Source: the human T2T-CHM13v2.0 reference genome, Homo sapiens
Length of the DNA stretch: 64,000 bases
Assembly (NCBI RefSeq): GCF_009914755.1
Contig: NC_060933.1
Reading direction: 5' to 3' (one strand)
Shown in pieces: positions 50,308-63,092 of this stretch; position 1 is the first letter of the stretch, and every line of letters begins with the position of its first letter. The notes under the pieces are model-generated. The model worked only from the letters and a program-made list of their open reading frames with translations, was not told the DNA's origin and ran no database searches. The position numbers and the translations under genes were made by a program.

Positions 50308-51196
50308 CTGTATTTTACTGTGCTGTACTAACTTTGTGCTATGCAACTGTGCTGTACTAACTTTGTGCTATGCAACAGTCACTTTGTGAACTTGTGGTAT
50401 TTGTGAACAGGAGCTCAAATTAAATATTCCATTTCAGTCATTAACTGATGTGAAAAACTCTTCCTTTTCTGGATGAAACTACAGATATGTTTGGGCAAAG
50501 GAGAGTGAAAGTTGATATTGATACCAGACACTTTACAGCTATTAGACCTTACACCTAAATCCTTATGTCTAAGATTTAAAGCACGGTCCCTTACATAAGC
50601 CTGTTTCATTTGCTACCGATAATAAAAATCCTGTCCTAACACAGACAAGTGAAAAAGTAACCTCACATGCATATTCTGTTTCACACTCATCTTGTGTATT
50701 TACTCTTCACGTGTCTCCCAAATCCAAATAAAAGGTGAGACCTAGAGAGACACATGTTCACACTTGTCCTCTTAGAAGCATGTAGATTTTATGCATGATG
50801 TCCCCATTATTGTAAATGGAGTGCACAAAGATAATTCAGCAAGTCCTTATCTCTCAGTGTCTCAATTATGAATAGTTTTTGATTCAGTGTTGCCCTGAGG
50901 GCCTCTGAGGTGGGTAGAGAAACCGTCTGTCTCCAGATTCTGGACTGTTCCCAAGGTCTTGGCTTCTTTCTTCCCATCGTGGTCATTGCTGTTCCCAGGT
51001 TCTGTGCCTGCTTCTGGACATCCTCATCACTGTCCCCACTCCTTTCATTTTTCCCTTCATTTTTCTACAGTCTCACTCGTATTTGTGTTTGGTTTTTATA
51101 GTGAGACTGAATTTTGTTTCCGCTTAAATGATTATCACGCTTTATATATTTCATTTTTTGATTTTGACTCTTAGCATTCTTTCATGTCAGATGTTT
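50308..51196 (-). pseudogene. Candidate decayed exon(s)
   Basis: Acceptor gtttctctag|; 129 codons with 2 stops (..SGDSDEDVQKQAQ..SEALRATLNQKLFIIETLRDKDLLNYLCALHLQ); a second frame from 50741 runs to CAG|gtagat once the 29-bp duplication is removed. Confidence 0.45.
50317..50374. repeat. Perfect 29-bp tandem duplication
   Basis: actgtgctgtactaactttgtgctatgca x2. Confidence 0.95.
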
Positions 51197-51751
51197 CTAG
51201 AGAAACTCTACTTTGCGTAATTTAGGGACCCCAGAGTAGAGCAAATCCAGTTTGAAAATATTCTAATTTTGGCTTTTAAAAACATGTGAAGTGTGAGGAT
51301 GAAACCATTAGAGCTTGACTTTCTTAGAAATTTGTCAAGTATATATTTAACAAATATATACGATTGCGTTATACTTTATTTATAAACTAAATGTTCTTTA
51401 ACCATGAACACCTGGTCAGGTGTCTCTAGTGGCTTTAAGTAAAGACCACTTCATTTACCCTCATGTGGCTAAGATAATGCCTCTTGTTGTGCTTCAGGTT
51501 TGTTATGTGAAAGCAGTCCACTTCTGAGATTAGTTTAAAATGTTCTATTTAAAGGCTGTTTGCATGGCCCCATTTAAGAAATTAGGCTATGCAAATCCAA
51601 CCTGATTACGAGATTCAGGTTTAAAGAAATTTGAAGTGCATTTGAGACTCTTTGTTACCATCGATCTTAGATTTTACTGGAATGAAACCACTGAGCTTCA
51701 GGCTTGTTAGGTTTCACTTAAGAATTCCATTTCCAGCATCAATGTTATTAC

Positions 51752-52349
51752 CTTTCATTCTGAGTCCTAAGTGACCAAGCTATTATTTTTCTCCCTGTTC
51801 AGCAATTGATTTTGTTGCCTTGATATACTTTTATTTGTCAGTTTATTTCCTGCTGCCATGATTCTTACTCCTATCAAGACATTAGTTTTTGTTTCTAATG
51901 TGGGTAAAATGTTTAGGCCAGAGGTTCTGCTGATCTATGATTCTCTAGATTCTGCAGGTTGAAGTGTTTCCCAGGGCTTGCTTATTTGGGGACCATGAAG
52001 AATCCATTTGGCCTGAAAAAAGCTTGGTTTATTTGTATACTACTTGTAAGATAAGTCAGTCCTTTACAATATCCTGTCGTGGATGGAATAGACCACTCAT
52101 GAATAGAAAACAGAGTGTATTAAAGCCTTTAATCAAGAAATCCTACCAAATTCCTAATCGCAGATGTAAGAGCATATTTCTTGTGTAGCAAGTCCATGAA
52201 ACCAAAGGGCTGATCCATACATAAATGTGTGATACCCCTCAGCAGAGAGAGATGCTCCAGATATTAGGCTGTTTTTGGTGCTGTCTCTAACATGCAAGTG
52301 GGCTGTGTATCATTGGTCTCTTTTCCTCCGATGTGCCTAGTAGAGCATC
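51752..52349 (-). pseudogene. Weak candidate decayed exon
   Basis: gctcctttag|G...AAG|gtaata, 598 nt; phase 2 to phase 0 bridges its neighbours, but 10 stops in 199 codons is near background. Confidence 0.2.
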
Positions 52350-52479
52350 CTAAAGGAGCTTACAACTGAAGATGAAAACTAGCATGTGAATAATTACATG
52401 TTACATATAAAGAAAACGTTTCTCATTATATTAACATAAATATTATATATGTGTGTGTATATATAGTTTAACTTATTTG

Positions 52480-52484
<5 letters not shown>

Positions 52485-52517
<33 letters not shown>
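52485..52517. repeat. (CA)n microsatellite
   Basis: Direct reading of the sequence. Confidence 0.95.
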
Positions 52518-52521
<4 letters not shown>

Positions 52522-52599
52522 AACCTGTATTCTGTCTCCCCTGTTACTTTGCTTATTTTAGAATATGGCAATATTTTAATATTTTGGACAGCCAAACTG

Positions 52600-53270
52600 A
52601 CATTTATTCAATATATTGAGTTCCTAGTATGTTCCAGGCACTGTGGAAGGGTGCTGAAGACACAAAGAGGAGTAAAAATATGCATCCTTTTCTTAAATAG
52701 TTGGAAGCCTAGTGAGGGAGATAGAAATATATACCATTAACAATAGAGTGAGGGCAGTACCCCTAGAGGCCCTATAAGTACAAAGTGCTTTGAATCCTTA
52801 GAGGAAGGAGTGGTCCTTATGATTGGAGTGGAATTGTCTGGGAAGGACTTGCTATGTTGAAGAGTCTGAGTTTCACCCTAAAATCAGTTAGGGAACTGAT
52901 ATGGTTTGGCTGTGTCCCCACCCAAATCTCATCTTGAATTGTAGTTACCATTCAATTGTGAGTGAGTTCTCACAAGATCTCATGGTTTAAAAAGAGGCTT
53001 TCCTCCCTTTTGCTCTGCATTTCTTCTTGCTGCTGCCATGTGAAGAAGGATGTGTTTGCATCCCTTTCTGTCATGACTGTAAGTTTCCTGAGGCCTCCCC
53101 AGCCCTGCAGAACTGAGTCAATTAAACCTCTTTCCTTTATAAATTATCCAGTCTTGGGTATGTCCTTATAACAGCATGAGAACGGACTAATACAGGGACC
53201 ATTAAGGAATTTTAAGCCTTGGAGTGTTATGGTCAGGTATTCCTTCTAGAAAGTTGATACTGTGGACTGC
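52600..53270 (-). mobile_element. L2 3' relic interrupted by THE1
   Basis: catttattcaatatattgagttcctagtatgttccaggcactgtg...; resumes with ccattaaggaattttaagc after the LTR. Confidence 0.55.
52897..53194 (+). mobile_element. THE1 solo LTR with internal deletion
   Basis: tgatatggtttggctgtgtccccacccaaatctc...gaacggactaataca; TSD gg[a/g]ac; shorter than the usual ~360 bp. Confidence 0.92.
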
Positions 53271-53294
53271 AATTTAGGAATGAGAAGCTAGAGG

Positions 53295-53590
53295 AATTTT
53301 TCAACAAATTAAAACAATGAATTACTATATGATGCAGGAATTCTACTTCTAGATGTAGACTCAAAAGAACTGAAAGCAGAGACTTGAGCAGATATTTGTA
53401 CATCCATGTTCACAGCAACATTATTCATGATAGTCAAAAGGTGGAAAAACCCAAATGTGGATAAACAAAATGTGGTATATATATGTGCAATGGCATATCG
53501 TTAAAACCTTAACAAGGGATAAAATTTTGACATATCCTACAATAGGGATAAACCTTATAGACATTATACCAAGTGAAATAAGCCAATCCT
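53295..53590 (+). mobile_element. L1MA/MB ORF2-end fragment
   Basis: gaattactatatgatgcaggaattctacttctag..catgttcacagcaacattattca..gataaacaaaatgtggtatat. Confidence 0.8.
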
Positions 53591-53617
53591 CATCTTTGAA
53601 GTGTGATAATAATAGTA

Positions 53618-53870
53618 CAGCTCTCTCCTCTTATCTGCAAGGGGTATGTTCCAAAATCCCCAATGTATGCCTGAAACTGGGTATTACTGAATGCTGTATA
53701 TAAATTAGATACAGTAGGAGATTCACAACAATAACTAAAGTAGAACAATTATAACAGTATACTTAATAAAAGATATATGATTGTGCACATTCATTCTCTG
53801 TCTCTCGCTCTCTCAGAATGACTGTGGGTAACTGAAACCATGGAAAGTGAGATCACAGATAATGGGGAAA
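53618..53870 (-). mobile_element. MER44-like Tigger MITE
   Basis: cttatctgcaaggggtatgttccaaaatcccc...gtgggtaactgaaaccatggaaagtgagatcacagataatgggg. Confidence 0.75.
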
Positions 53871-55623
53871 AAATTGTGTCTATTTAATAAAATGACAGGG
53901 TGGTGGCCCTGAGGAATAAATTGGCTAACTCATGTAAGGTGCTTCAAAGGATGCCTGACACAGTAACTCCTCAGTAAATGTGAGCTGCTACTGAAGTACT
54001 TTTGTTACCACTACTACCATTAGTGTTTTTTTATTTGAAGAACTAACTTAAATATATGACATATTAATCTTGTTTCCTTGACTTTGATGGGATGTCTTAT
54101 TTTTAATAGCTTTATTGTGGCATTCTTCACTACAGTAACTGTACTTATTTAAAGCATATAGCATGATAAGTTTTGACATATATATACATCTGTGAATTGA
54201 TCACTGAAATCCAGAAAGCGAACAGAATCCATTACTTTCTCAACAGAACCCAATGCTTTCTCAAATCCCTTGGTAATTCCTCCATTTCCCCAGACGACCA
54301 ATGTTATTCTTTCTCTTACCATAGATTAGTTTGAGTTTTCTAGAGTTTTGGATACCTGTAATCATATAATATTGTATTCCTTTTTGTCTGACTTCTTTCA
54401 ATCGGCATAATTGTTTTGAGACTCCATGTTTTTGTGTATATAAAGTTAATTCCTTTATATTGCCAAATAGTATTCCATTGCATGAATATACCACAGTTTG
54501 TTTATCCATAAGCACCTGTTGATGGATGTTGGGTTGTTTTCAGCTTTGGAGAATTATAAATAAACCTGCTATGAATATTCTTGTACAAGACATATTCTTT
54601 TAATGGATGTATGTTTTCTTTAGGGTAAATCTAAGAATGGAATAGCTGGATTATGTGGTAGATGTATGTTTAACTTTTAAAAACAGTACTCAACAGTTCT
54701 ACAAAGTGGTTGTTCTATTTTACAAGCCAGCAACAGTGTACTAGAGTTTCTGTTGCTCTACACCCTCACTAATACTTGGCATGGCAGACTTTTTAGTTTT
54801 TTCCACTCTGATAGGTGTGCAGTGGTATGTAGTTGTAGTTTTTAATTGGCATTTCCTTAATGACCAATGATGTTGAGCGTCTTTTTATGTGCTTTTTTTG
54901 CTATTCCTATTTTCTTTGATGATGTATCTGTTCAAATCTGTTCCTCATTTCTCTATTGGGTGATTTTCTTATTGTTTCTTTAGATTTGAGAATTATTTAC
55001 ATACTGTGGATACAAATTCTTTATCATAGATATGCTTGTAAATATTTTCTCCACATCTATGGCTTGACTATTTTCCTAACAGTGTCTTCTGGGGAGCAGA
55101 ATATTTTAATTTTGATAAAAATCTAGTTCATCTAATTTTTCACTTGTGATTTATAATCTTGGAGACATCTCTAAAAAAAACTTTGCCGAACCCAAGTTTA
55201 CAAAGATTTTTTCCTATCTTTTCTTTCAGAAGTTTCATAGTTAGGTATTACAGGTAGACCTGTGATCAGTTTGTGCTAATTTTGTATATTACTGAAGGTG
55301 TGGATTGAATGTTTTTTGTTTCTGCATATGAACATCCAATTTCTCTAGCATCATTTGTTGAAAACTCTGGTCTTTCTTCACTGTATTGCCTTTCTATCTC
55401 TGCAAACAATTATTTGTCCTACATATCTAAGTTTGTTTCTAGATTATTTATTCTGTAGCAGTGATCTATTTGTCTTTTCTGATGCCAATACCTCCTTGAT
55501 TACAGTAGCTTTATGATAAGTCTTGAAATCACATTCATCTAAGTTGTTTTGTCCATCTATGTCCTTCACAGTGTTTTCAAATGGATTTAGAATCAGTTAA
55601 TCAATCTGTTGGTCTATCTGTAT

Positions 55624-55677
55624 ATCCATCCATCCATCCAACCACCCACCCACCCACCCACCCACTCACTCATCCAT
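55624..55677. repeat. (CCAT)/(CCAC) low-complexity repeat
   Basis: Direct reading of the sequence. Confidence 0.85.
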
Positions 55678-57985
55678 CTCACTAGCTATAACCTTGATTA
55701 CAATGTCCAATAGAAATAGTAAGCGTGAACATCCTTGTGAACATTCTTGCCGTGTTCCTGATCATAGAGAAAAAGCATTCAGTCTTTCACCATTAAGGAT
55801 GATGTTAGCTATACATTTTTCTTATAGGCCCTTTTTAAAGTTTAAGGGCATTCCTTTCCCTTCTTAGTGTGCTGGGTTTTTTTTTTTAAATCAAAAGTAG
55901 ATGTTAGATTTTGTCACATGCTGTTGAGATGATGATGTAGTTTTCCTTTTTAGTTTTTTAAATGTGTTGATTGATGTTTTGAGTGTTAAGCTAACTCTAT
56001 ATTCCTCGGATAAACTCCACTTATCCCTCTAAAATTTGTAGAATCTGTAGTGATATCCTCTATCATTTGTAATATTGATAATTTATGTATTCTTTTCCTG
56101 TGATAAGTTTTCCTAGAGATTTATCAATTTTATTGATCTTCTCAAATAACATGCTTTTGGCATCATTGACTTTTCTGTACTGTTTTTCTATTTTTTATTT
56201 CACTGATTTTTTGGCTTTGAGCTTTATTATTTCCTTTCGTCTGCTTGCTTTGGTTTAATTTGCTTTTCCTTTTCAGTTTGTTAAGGTCATTCGTTTTGAG
56301 ACTTTTCTTCTTTTCTAACACAGATGTTAGGTGGTATAAATTTCTTCTTGAGTACTGTGGTAGTGTCATTCCACAAATTCCATGTTGTATTTTCATTCAG
56401 CTCAAAATGCATTCTAATTTTCTTTTGATTTCTTTATTAACCAGTGGATTATTTAGAAGCGCATTATTAACTTTATAAATATTTGGAGATTTTCCAGAGA
56501 TCTGCTTTTTTATTTCTGATGTAATTCCATTGTGGTTAGAGAAAATACGTTATAGAACTTGAATCCTTTTAAATGTATTGAGAATTATTTTATGGTCAAG
56601 AATATTGCCTGTCTTGTATACGTTTCATGTACACTTCAGAATAATTTATATTTTGTCATCGTTGGATGGAGTCTTTTATAAATGTTAATAAAGTCAGTGT
56701 GGTTGATAGGATAGTTCTAGTCTACTATGTATCTGACAATTTTCTGTCCATTTGTTTTAATTATTGAGAAAAGGGTACTGAAATCCTCAACTTTAATTTA
56801 GGATTTTGTCTGTTTTACTTGTATTTCTGTGTTTTTGCTTCATGTATTGGAAGAAATAATATTGGGACATAAATACTAAGGATTGTTATATCATCTTGAT
56901 TAATTGAGCCCTTTATTAGTATGAAATGATGGTTTTGATCCCTAGAAATAGTCCTTACTATGGTGTATTTTTTACTTGTGTTGACTTGTGTTACTGTGTG
57001 TGTCTTTTTCCATTCTATTACCTTTTTTCCTAACCTATTAGTATCTTTGTGTTTAAAGTGTTTGTAGGTTTGTAGTAAGCAAATATCGTTGGGTCTTCAT
57101 CTTTTATCCAATCTGAAAATCTCTGCCTTTTTTATGGATGTTTAGAATATTTACATTTTAATATGATTATTCATATCTTTAGGTTTAAACCAGTCATCTT
57201 GTTATTTGCTTTCTATTTGTTTAATCTGTTATTTATTCATTTCCTTTGTTTTTCCCTGCCTTTTTTTGGATTGAGTATTTTAATGATTCTGATTTATCTT
57301 CCTTGATCTTATATTGTTCATAGCTATTTGTCCTGCTACTTTAGTGGTTGGTAGTGCCTAGATGGTCTATAACATTGATCTTTAACATCACAGTTTAAGT
57401 GATATTTAGTACTTCACTTATTGCATACAAACCTTAGAGCAGTATACTTCATTTCTGTCTCTCTTGGCCTTTATGTTACTGTTGTCGTATATATATTTTA
57501 CTTTTAGCTATATTATAAATCCCTGAGTACATAGTTGTTGTTTTTGTTTGAATAGTCAGTTATCTTTTAATAAGTTTTAACAACAAAAAAACTCACATAT
57601 ATAACCTGTAACATTTTCTATGCTTTTAATTTCTCATGTAGATCCAGATTTTCATCTGGTATCATTTGTTTTTTGCTTGAAGGACTTTCTTTAATATTTC
57701 TTTCTCAGTGGTTGTTGAGTGATGAATTATTCCAGCTTTTATATGTCTGAAAGTAAGTCTTTATGTTGCCTGTGTTTTTGGAAGGTGTTTTCACAGGATA
57801 TAGAATTCTTGGTAGACATGTTTTGTTCTTTTAGTGCTTTAAAGATGTTATCAACAGTCTTTTTGTTTTGTATTGCATATGCAGTATTCATAGCTCTCAT
57901 CCTTTGTATATAATATGTCTTTTTTTCTCTAGCTGGTATTTAAGATTTTTTTCCTTATCACTGGTTTTGAGTGTTTGATTATGAT

Positions 57986-58075
57986 TTCTTTCTTTTCTTT
58001 TTTTTTTTTTTAGATGGGTTCTCACTTTGTTGCTCAGGCTGGTCACAAATTTGCTTTGTTGTCCAGGCTGGTTAT
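57986..58075 (-). mobile_element. Alu monomer (FLAM-like) fragment with internal duplication
   Basis: Poly-T, agatgggttctcactttgttgctcaggctggtc, repeated as ctttgttgtccaggctgg. Confidence 0.6.
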
Positions 58076-58489
58076 GAATATGATTTCCTTTGATGTAATT
58101 TGCCTAGTGTTTCTTGTGTTTAGGATTCATTGAGCTTCTTGGATTCATCAGTTTGTTGTTTTACTGAAGTTTGGACATTTTCAGCCATTACTTTTTCAAA
58201 ATTTTTTTTGTCTCTCTCCAATTCTTCTCTCCCTCATGAACTTCACTTACTCTTCTGTTAACTCACTCGATATTGTCCTATATCTCACTGATTATTTTCT
58301 TTCTTTTTTTGATTCATTTTCTCCATGTGTTTCATTTTTGGATTGATTTTATTGCTAGGCTTTAAATTTCACTAATCATTTTTCCTGCAAGACCTCCCGT
58401 GGTTAATACCATCCAGCATATTATTTATCTCAGACATTGTATTTTTTTATGTCTGGGAATTATACCTCATAATTATGTGTATATATAAG

Positions 58490-58855
58490 CAGCTGTTCCT
58501 CAACTCATAATGGGCATCGCATTATGTCCAGATAAACCTAAGTTGAAAATATCGTAAATTGATAATGCATTTCATACACCTAATATACCAAACATTATAG
58601 CTTAGCCTAGCCTACCTTAAACATGCTCAGAACCCTTACATTAGCCTGTAGATGAGCAAGATCATCTAACACAAAGCCTATTTTGTAAGAAAGTGGTGAA
58701 TATCTCATGCAGTTTATTGAATACTGTACTGAAAGTGAAAAGAAGATTGGTTGTGTGGGTGTTCAAAGTATTATTTGTACTGAATGTGTATCACCTTTGC
58801 ACTGTTGTAAATTTGAAAAATCTTAAGTTGAACTATCATAAATTGAGGACTGTCT
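58490..58855 (+). mobile_element. MER47A Tigger MITE
   Basis: aagttgaaaatatcgtaa...atagcttagcctagcctaccttaaacatgctcagaac...ttattgaatactgtactgaaagtgaaa. Confidence 0.88.
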
Positions 58856-59938
58856 ATGTTTGTACGTGTGTATGTATATATTCTACATCTCTATTTAACT
58901 TTTTGAACAAATGGAAAGTAATTATAATTATTTTAATATCCTTGTCAAACAATTGTATCATCTGTGGCATTCTGAGTTGGACTTAATTGGTTGCTTTTTG
59001 TCATTTGGATCTTTTATTTTTTGCTTCTTTGCAATGCCTAATAATCTTTAGTTGTACGATATTGTGAATTTTACTTGACTTAGGGGGCTGGATGTTTTAA
59101 TTTTTCTATAACAGTTCTTGGTCTTTGTTCTGGGACACAGCTAAATTACATGGAAACAGTTTTATTCTTTTGGGTCTTGCTTTTAATATTTGCTAGGAGG
59201 GACCAGAGCATCATTTGGTTTATAGCTAAAGCGCCTTGCTTTGCGCTACTGAGATGAGACCTCTGAATTCTCTACTCAATTCCAGGTCAATTATAAGGTT
59301 TTCCAGTATGTGCAGTGGGAATAGGCACTCTTCCTGGCCCCATGGCAGTGTGCTGAGTACTGTTCCCTCTACTGTTTTTGGATGGTTCTTTTCTCAGTCT
59401 TGGTTAGTTTCCTCACATGCATGTGTTGATCAGAACTCTACTGAATAAGGGAAACATTTTATAGATATCTTGGGTTCTCTCTCAGTGCAGCTCTATTCAC
59501 TCTGGTATGCTGTCCTGAAAATGCTAGTCACCTTGGTGGTCTCAGATTCTGATCTCTCTTCACTCCATTCGCCTATGTTCTCTCTCTTTGCATTGTGACC
59601 TGGAAAATCTCTCAAAGCAGTAAACTGGGAGAGTTGTAGGGCTCACCTCATTTGTTTCCTCTCAGTCAGGGATCTCTGTCTTTCATTTCTTGATACTCAT
59701 TCTTAAAAATGGTTGTTTCTTATATAGATAGATTCATACATACATATGGTTGATTGGTTGGTTGGTTTCAGGCAGGAGGTTAAACCTAGTCCCTCTCACT
59801 CCATTTTGCCCAGAACTGATGGCCTGCTTTTTATTTCGTCAGAACCTGGTAGCTATCTATATCTTTAAAGGCGTTCATTATGGTCCAGTGGGAACAGCAA
59901 TATAAAGCTGAAGGTCTCATCCTATTTCTACCAATTAC

Positions 59939-60131
59939 CAGCTGTCTCAAGGGACAGACTTGTGGAGTCTCCTATTCGGAAGGTCATGTGGCTGATCATC
60001 CAGTGCCGCATAAATCGCTTTCTGTACGTTCTCTCTTTTATGCTGTCACATGTTGGGCAGCTCTCCCTTTTGAAGAACACATTTCGTATTTTGGGTATTT
60101 CTCATCATTCGAAACATCTTTTTCATATTAC
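59939..60131 (-). pseudogene. Candidate decayed 193-nt internal exon
   Basis: gatttcag|G ... TG|gtaatt; GNMKKMFRMMRNTQNTKCVLQKGELPNM*QHKRENVQKAIYAALDDQPHDLPNRRLHKSVP*DS; 6 CpGs in 193 nt. Confidence 0.5.
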
Positions 60132-61191
60132 CTGAAATCGGTCTTTTACTAACCTCCATCCAAATTTGTCTAGCAAAGTCATATGAAATTAATCTTTTTT
60201 CCCACACAGTAGCCCCACTCTTATTTGAGGGCTTTTGCCCTCTTCCTTCCCAAGTCATCTCCCAGAGTAAAAACCTTTTGATCTCTGTGAGCTTCAGTTG
60301 TCTCATCTATAAAATGTGCTATTTATTTTAAAAAGGATTCCTGTATCTGTGAGTGCCTCCTTTACTGAGTCAGATACCATGCCAGATGCTCAGGATGCAG
60401 AAGAGAATATGCCCTCTCTGCCTTCCAGGGACTCAGACAAAGCGGGGGAAGAGAAGTTAAATGATACAGCGCACAGATAAAATTGCTAATAGAAGTATGC
60501 CAGGCATGCTGGGCAAGTCATAGGATTTTATAGATGAAATTAATGGAAGTATGTGAAATGTACTCTATGTGCTGTAAAGGACTGTATGTTTGATTATGTT
60601 TGATATTATTAGTAGTAGTCAAAGATGTACTAGCAGCTGCTCCATACCCATTATTTTTTTCTGGAGTCTGTTATGCTTTGACCTTTTCGGTGTTAAGGTT
60701 CTGTGTGAATCCTCTGGGTTCCACATAATTAATAAGTTTTAGTGTGTGCCAACAGGGGGTGGAAACATGACAGTAAGTTCATTTTCTTCCTGCTGTTGCA
60801 GGTTATTTGGGCTTGGCTCTTGTAAAAGACAACTTGTACCCAGTGAATTCTCACATGAATTCAAATCTTGTAAGCTAGGAATACTGTAAATCTCTACTGA
60901 TGCTTGACTGAGTAGGACTTTACAACTCCAGATGGCAGTTGTAATACTTTAGCATTTACCATACAGAGAAATAGAAAACAATTTTCTGAAGAAAGCAGTG
61001 ACAAAATTCCAATATCATGGTTTTGTAGCACTAGTTCATGCCATCCTCCCTCACACAGTGTTAGAACTTCTTATCGTGATTTATCAAGCATTTCATTACA
61101 TTGCCAACGATATGAAAAACAAAATTAAGAACTGCTGTATACTGGTGTGGCATGGTGCTGAAGTCAGGCTTTGGGAAAGTACACAATGTGG

Positions 61192-61663
61192 CAGCATTTC
61201 TTAAAGGCCTGGAGACCGTGTTAAAAATGCAGATTCTGGCCAGGTGCAGTGGCTCACTCCTGTAATTGCCACACTTTGGGACGCCAAGGCGGGTGGATTG
61301 CTTGAGCCCAGGAGTTTGAGATCAGCCTGGGCAACATGGTGAAATCCCATCTCTACCAAAACAACCCCACAAAAATTAGCTGGGCATGGTGGCACACACT
61401 TGTAGTCCCACTGACTCAGGGGGCTGAGATGGAAGGATCACCTGAGCCTGGGGGAGATCAAGGCTGAAGTTAGTTGTGATCATGCCACTGCACTCCAGCC
61501 TGGGTGACAGAGTGAGACCCTGTCTGAAAAGAAAATGCTAACTCCCAGGCCCCACCTCCAAATATTCTTATTTAGCAGTTCAAGAAAGTGGGGGCTGCAT
61601 TGTACTTTTAATTAGTTTCTGGATGATTCTGGTTCAGGTGGGTCCTGCTTTGAGGAACACTGG
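61192..61663 (+). mobile_element. MER5-like MITE interrupted by an Alu
   Basis: gttaaaaatgcagattct|Alu|...cccaggccccacctcca...gatgattctg...ctttgaggaacactgg. Confidence 0.6.
61238..61535 (+). mobile_element. AluJ
   Basis: ggattgcttgagcccaggagtttgag; gatcaaggctgaag; degenerate TSD aaaatgc. Confidence 0.93.
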
Positions 61664-62300
61664 TGGAGGGAGTGACCATGTGATATAAGGAGAATCGATT
61701 TTCCTTCTTCTTCTGCGTGTGACCTTGTATTTATTCTGCCATCCACTATAACTTCTGAGGGTTTACTTTTTATCAGGAATTTAAATCCTAAGGTGTCATA
61801 AAGATGAGTTAAAATGGTTCTGTTCTTGAAGTATCTTCAGTGTGACCTGTCTGGTTTAGTCAGGGTAGCTGTCTGATCTTGAATGGGTTACTTTTAAGCT
61901 CACTGCATATAATTGGAATAATATGGTCTACCTAATCTTCAGGAGGGTTGTTGTGAAAACCAATTGAATGTCAAGTGCCTTGCAGTAGTCATAGCAAATA
62001 CTACTTAGTCCTCTCTTAGCATTAATTGTGCCAATATTACTTCTTTCCAAAGCGGTTCAGGTATCTAAATAAGATTCTGAACTCTAACACTTCAAACATT
62101 GTAAAGTGATACATGTGAGTTAACTATTTATAGACTGTTTCTAGGAACTGCCAGGCCTAATTCCAGTCAATGTTTTCATGATCTGCCAAATTCAGAGCAG
62201 CTTATAAATATGAAGAAGGGACAGAATCTTGTCTAGAGTATAAAGTTAAGCTATTGGAGTCAGGTACATCATGTCCTTCTCAGTACCTTTGAAAGTTTTT

Positions 62301-62607
62301 GGCTGGGCACAATGGCTCATGCCTGTAATCCCAACACTTTGGGAGGCCAACGTGGGAGGATAGCTTGATTGAGCCCAGCAGTTTGATCCCAGCCTGGGCA
62401 ACATAACAAGACCCTGTCTCTACCAAAAAATAAAAAAAATTTATCTTGGCATGGTGGCATGCACCTGTGGTCCTGGCTATTTGGGAGGCTGAGTTGGGAG
62501 GATCCCTTGAGCCCAGAAGTTAGAAGCTGCAGTGAGCTATGATTGCATCACTGTACTCTAGTCTGGGTAACGAAGTGAGACCCTGTCTTGAAAAAAAAAA
62601 AAAAAAA
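62301..62607 (+). mobile_element. AluJ
   Basis: ggctgggcacaatggctcatgcctgtaatccc...ttgagcccag...poly-A. Confidence 0.93.
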
Positions 62608-63092
62608 GTTGTAATGCCCTTGTGCTACTGGTATGTAAAATGTAATACTGTGTGAAGAATCATTTCCACACTTGATTTCATGTATCACCTGTGTATATAT
62701 AATAATAAACTATAAATTATATATTATTTTTGATAAGTAGAATTTCTTTTTATTTCTGTTTACTAATTAAAAAAAAACTCCTCTTTATTTTTGATGTGTT
62801 GAATATCCTGTTTATAAAGTTGTAGTTGACCAAAACAAATACACAAAATCATCAGTGACAAAGTAGTATTAAATTTTATCAATAGGAAGAAAGATGTTTA
62901 CTTTATTTTGCTTGATTCTCAAATTTTAATTTTAGCAACATCCCCTCTCCCAAATAAATTTAGTACCGGAGACATGATGCGTCAAAGACGTTGTCCCAAA
63001 AGAGAATTAACTGCATCATCTTATGCCTCTTTACAGACAGGAGGGGACAAAAGAAGAAAGTTACTTTTCTAACATGCTTTCGATACTTAGAT

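Larger units (their letters stand above)
54100..59800 (-). mobile_element. Long fragmented old L1 (L1MC/ME-like), 3'UTR to 5' region
   Basis: Continuous antisense L1M motifs (atgataagttttgacatatatatac; gtattccattgcatgaatataccacagtttgtttatcc; agcattcagtctttcaccattaag; gattcattgagcttcttgga). Confidence 0.8.
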
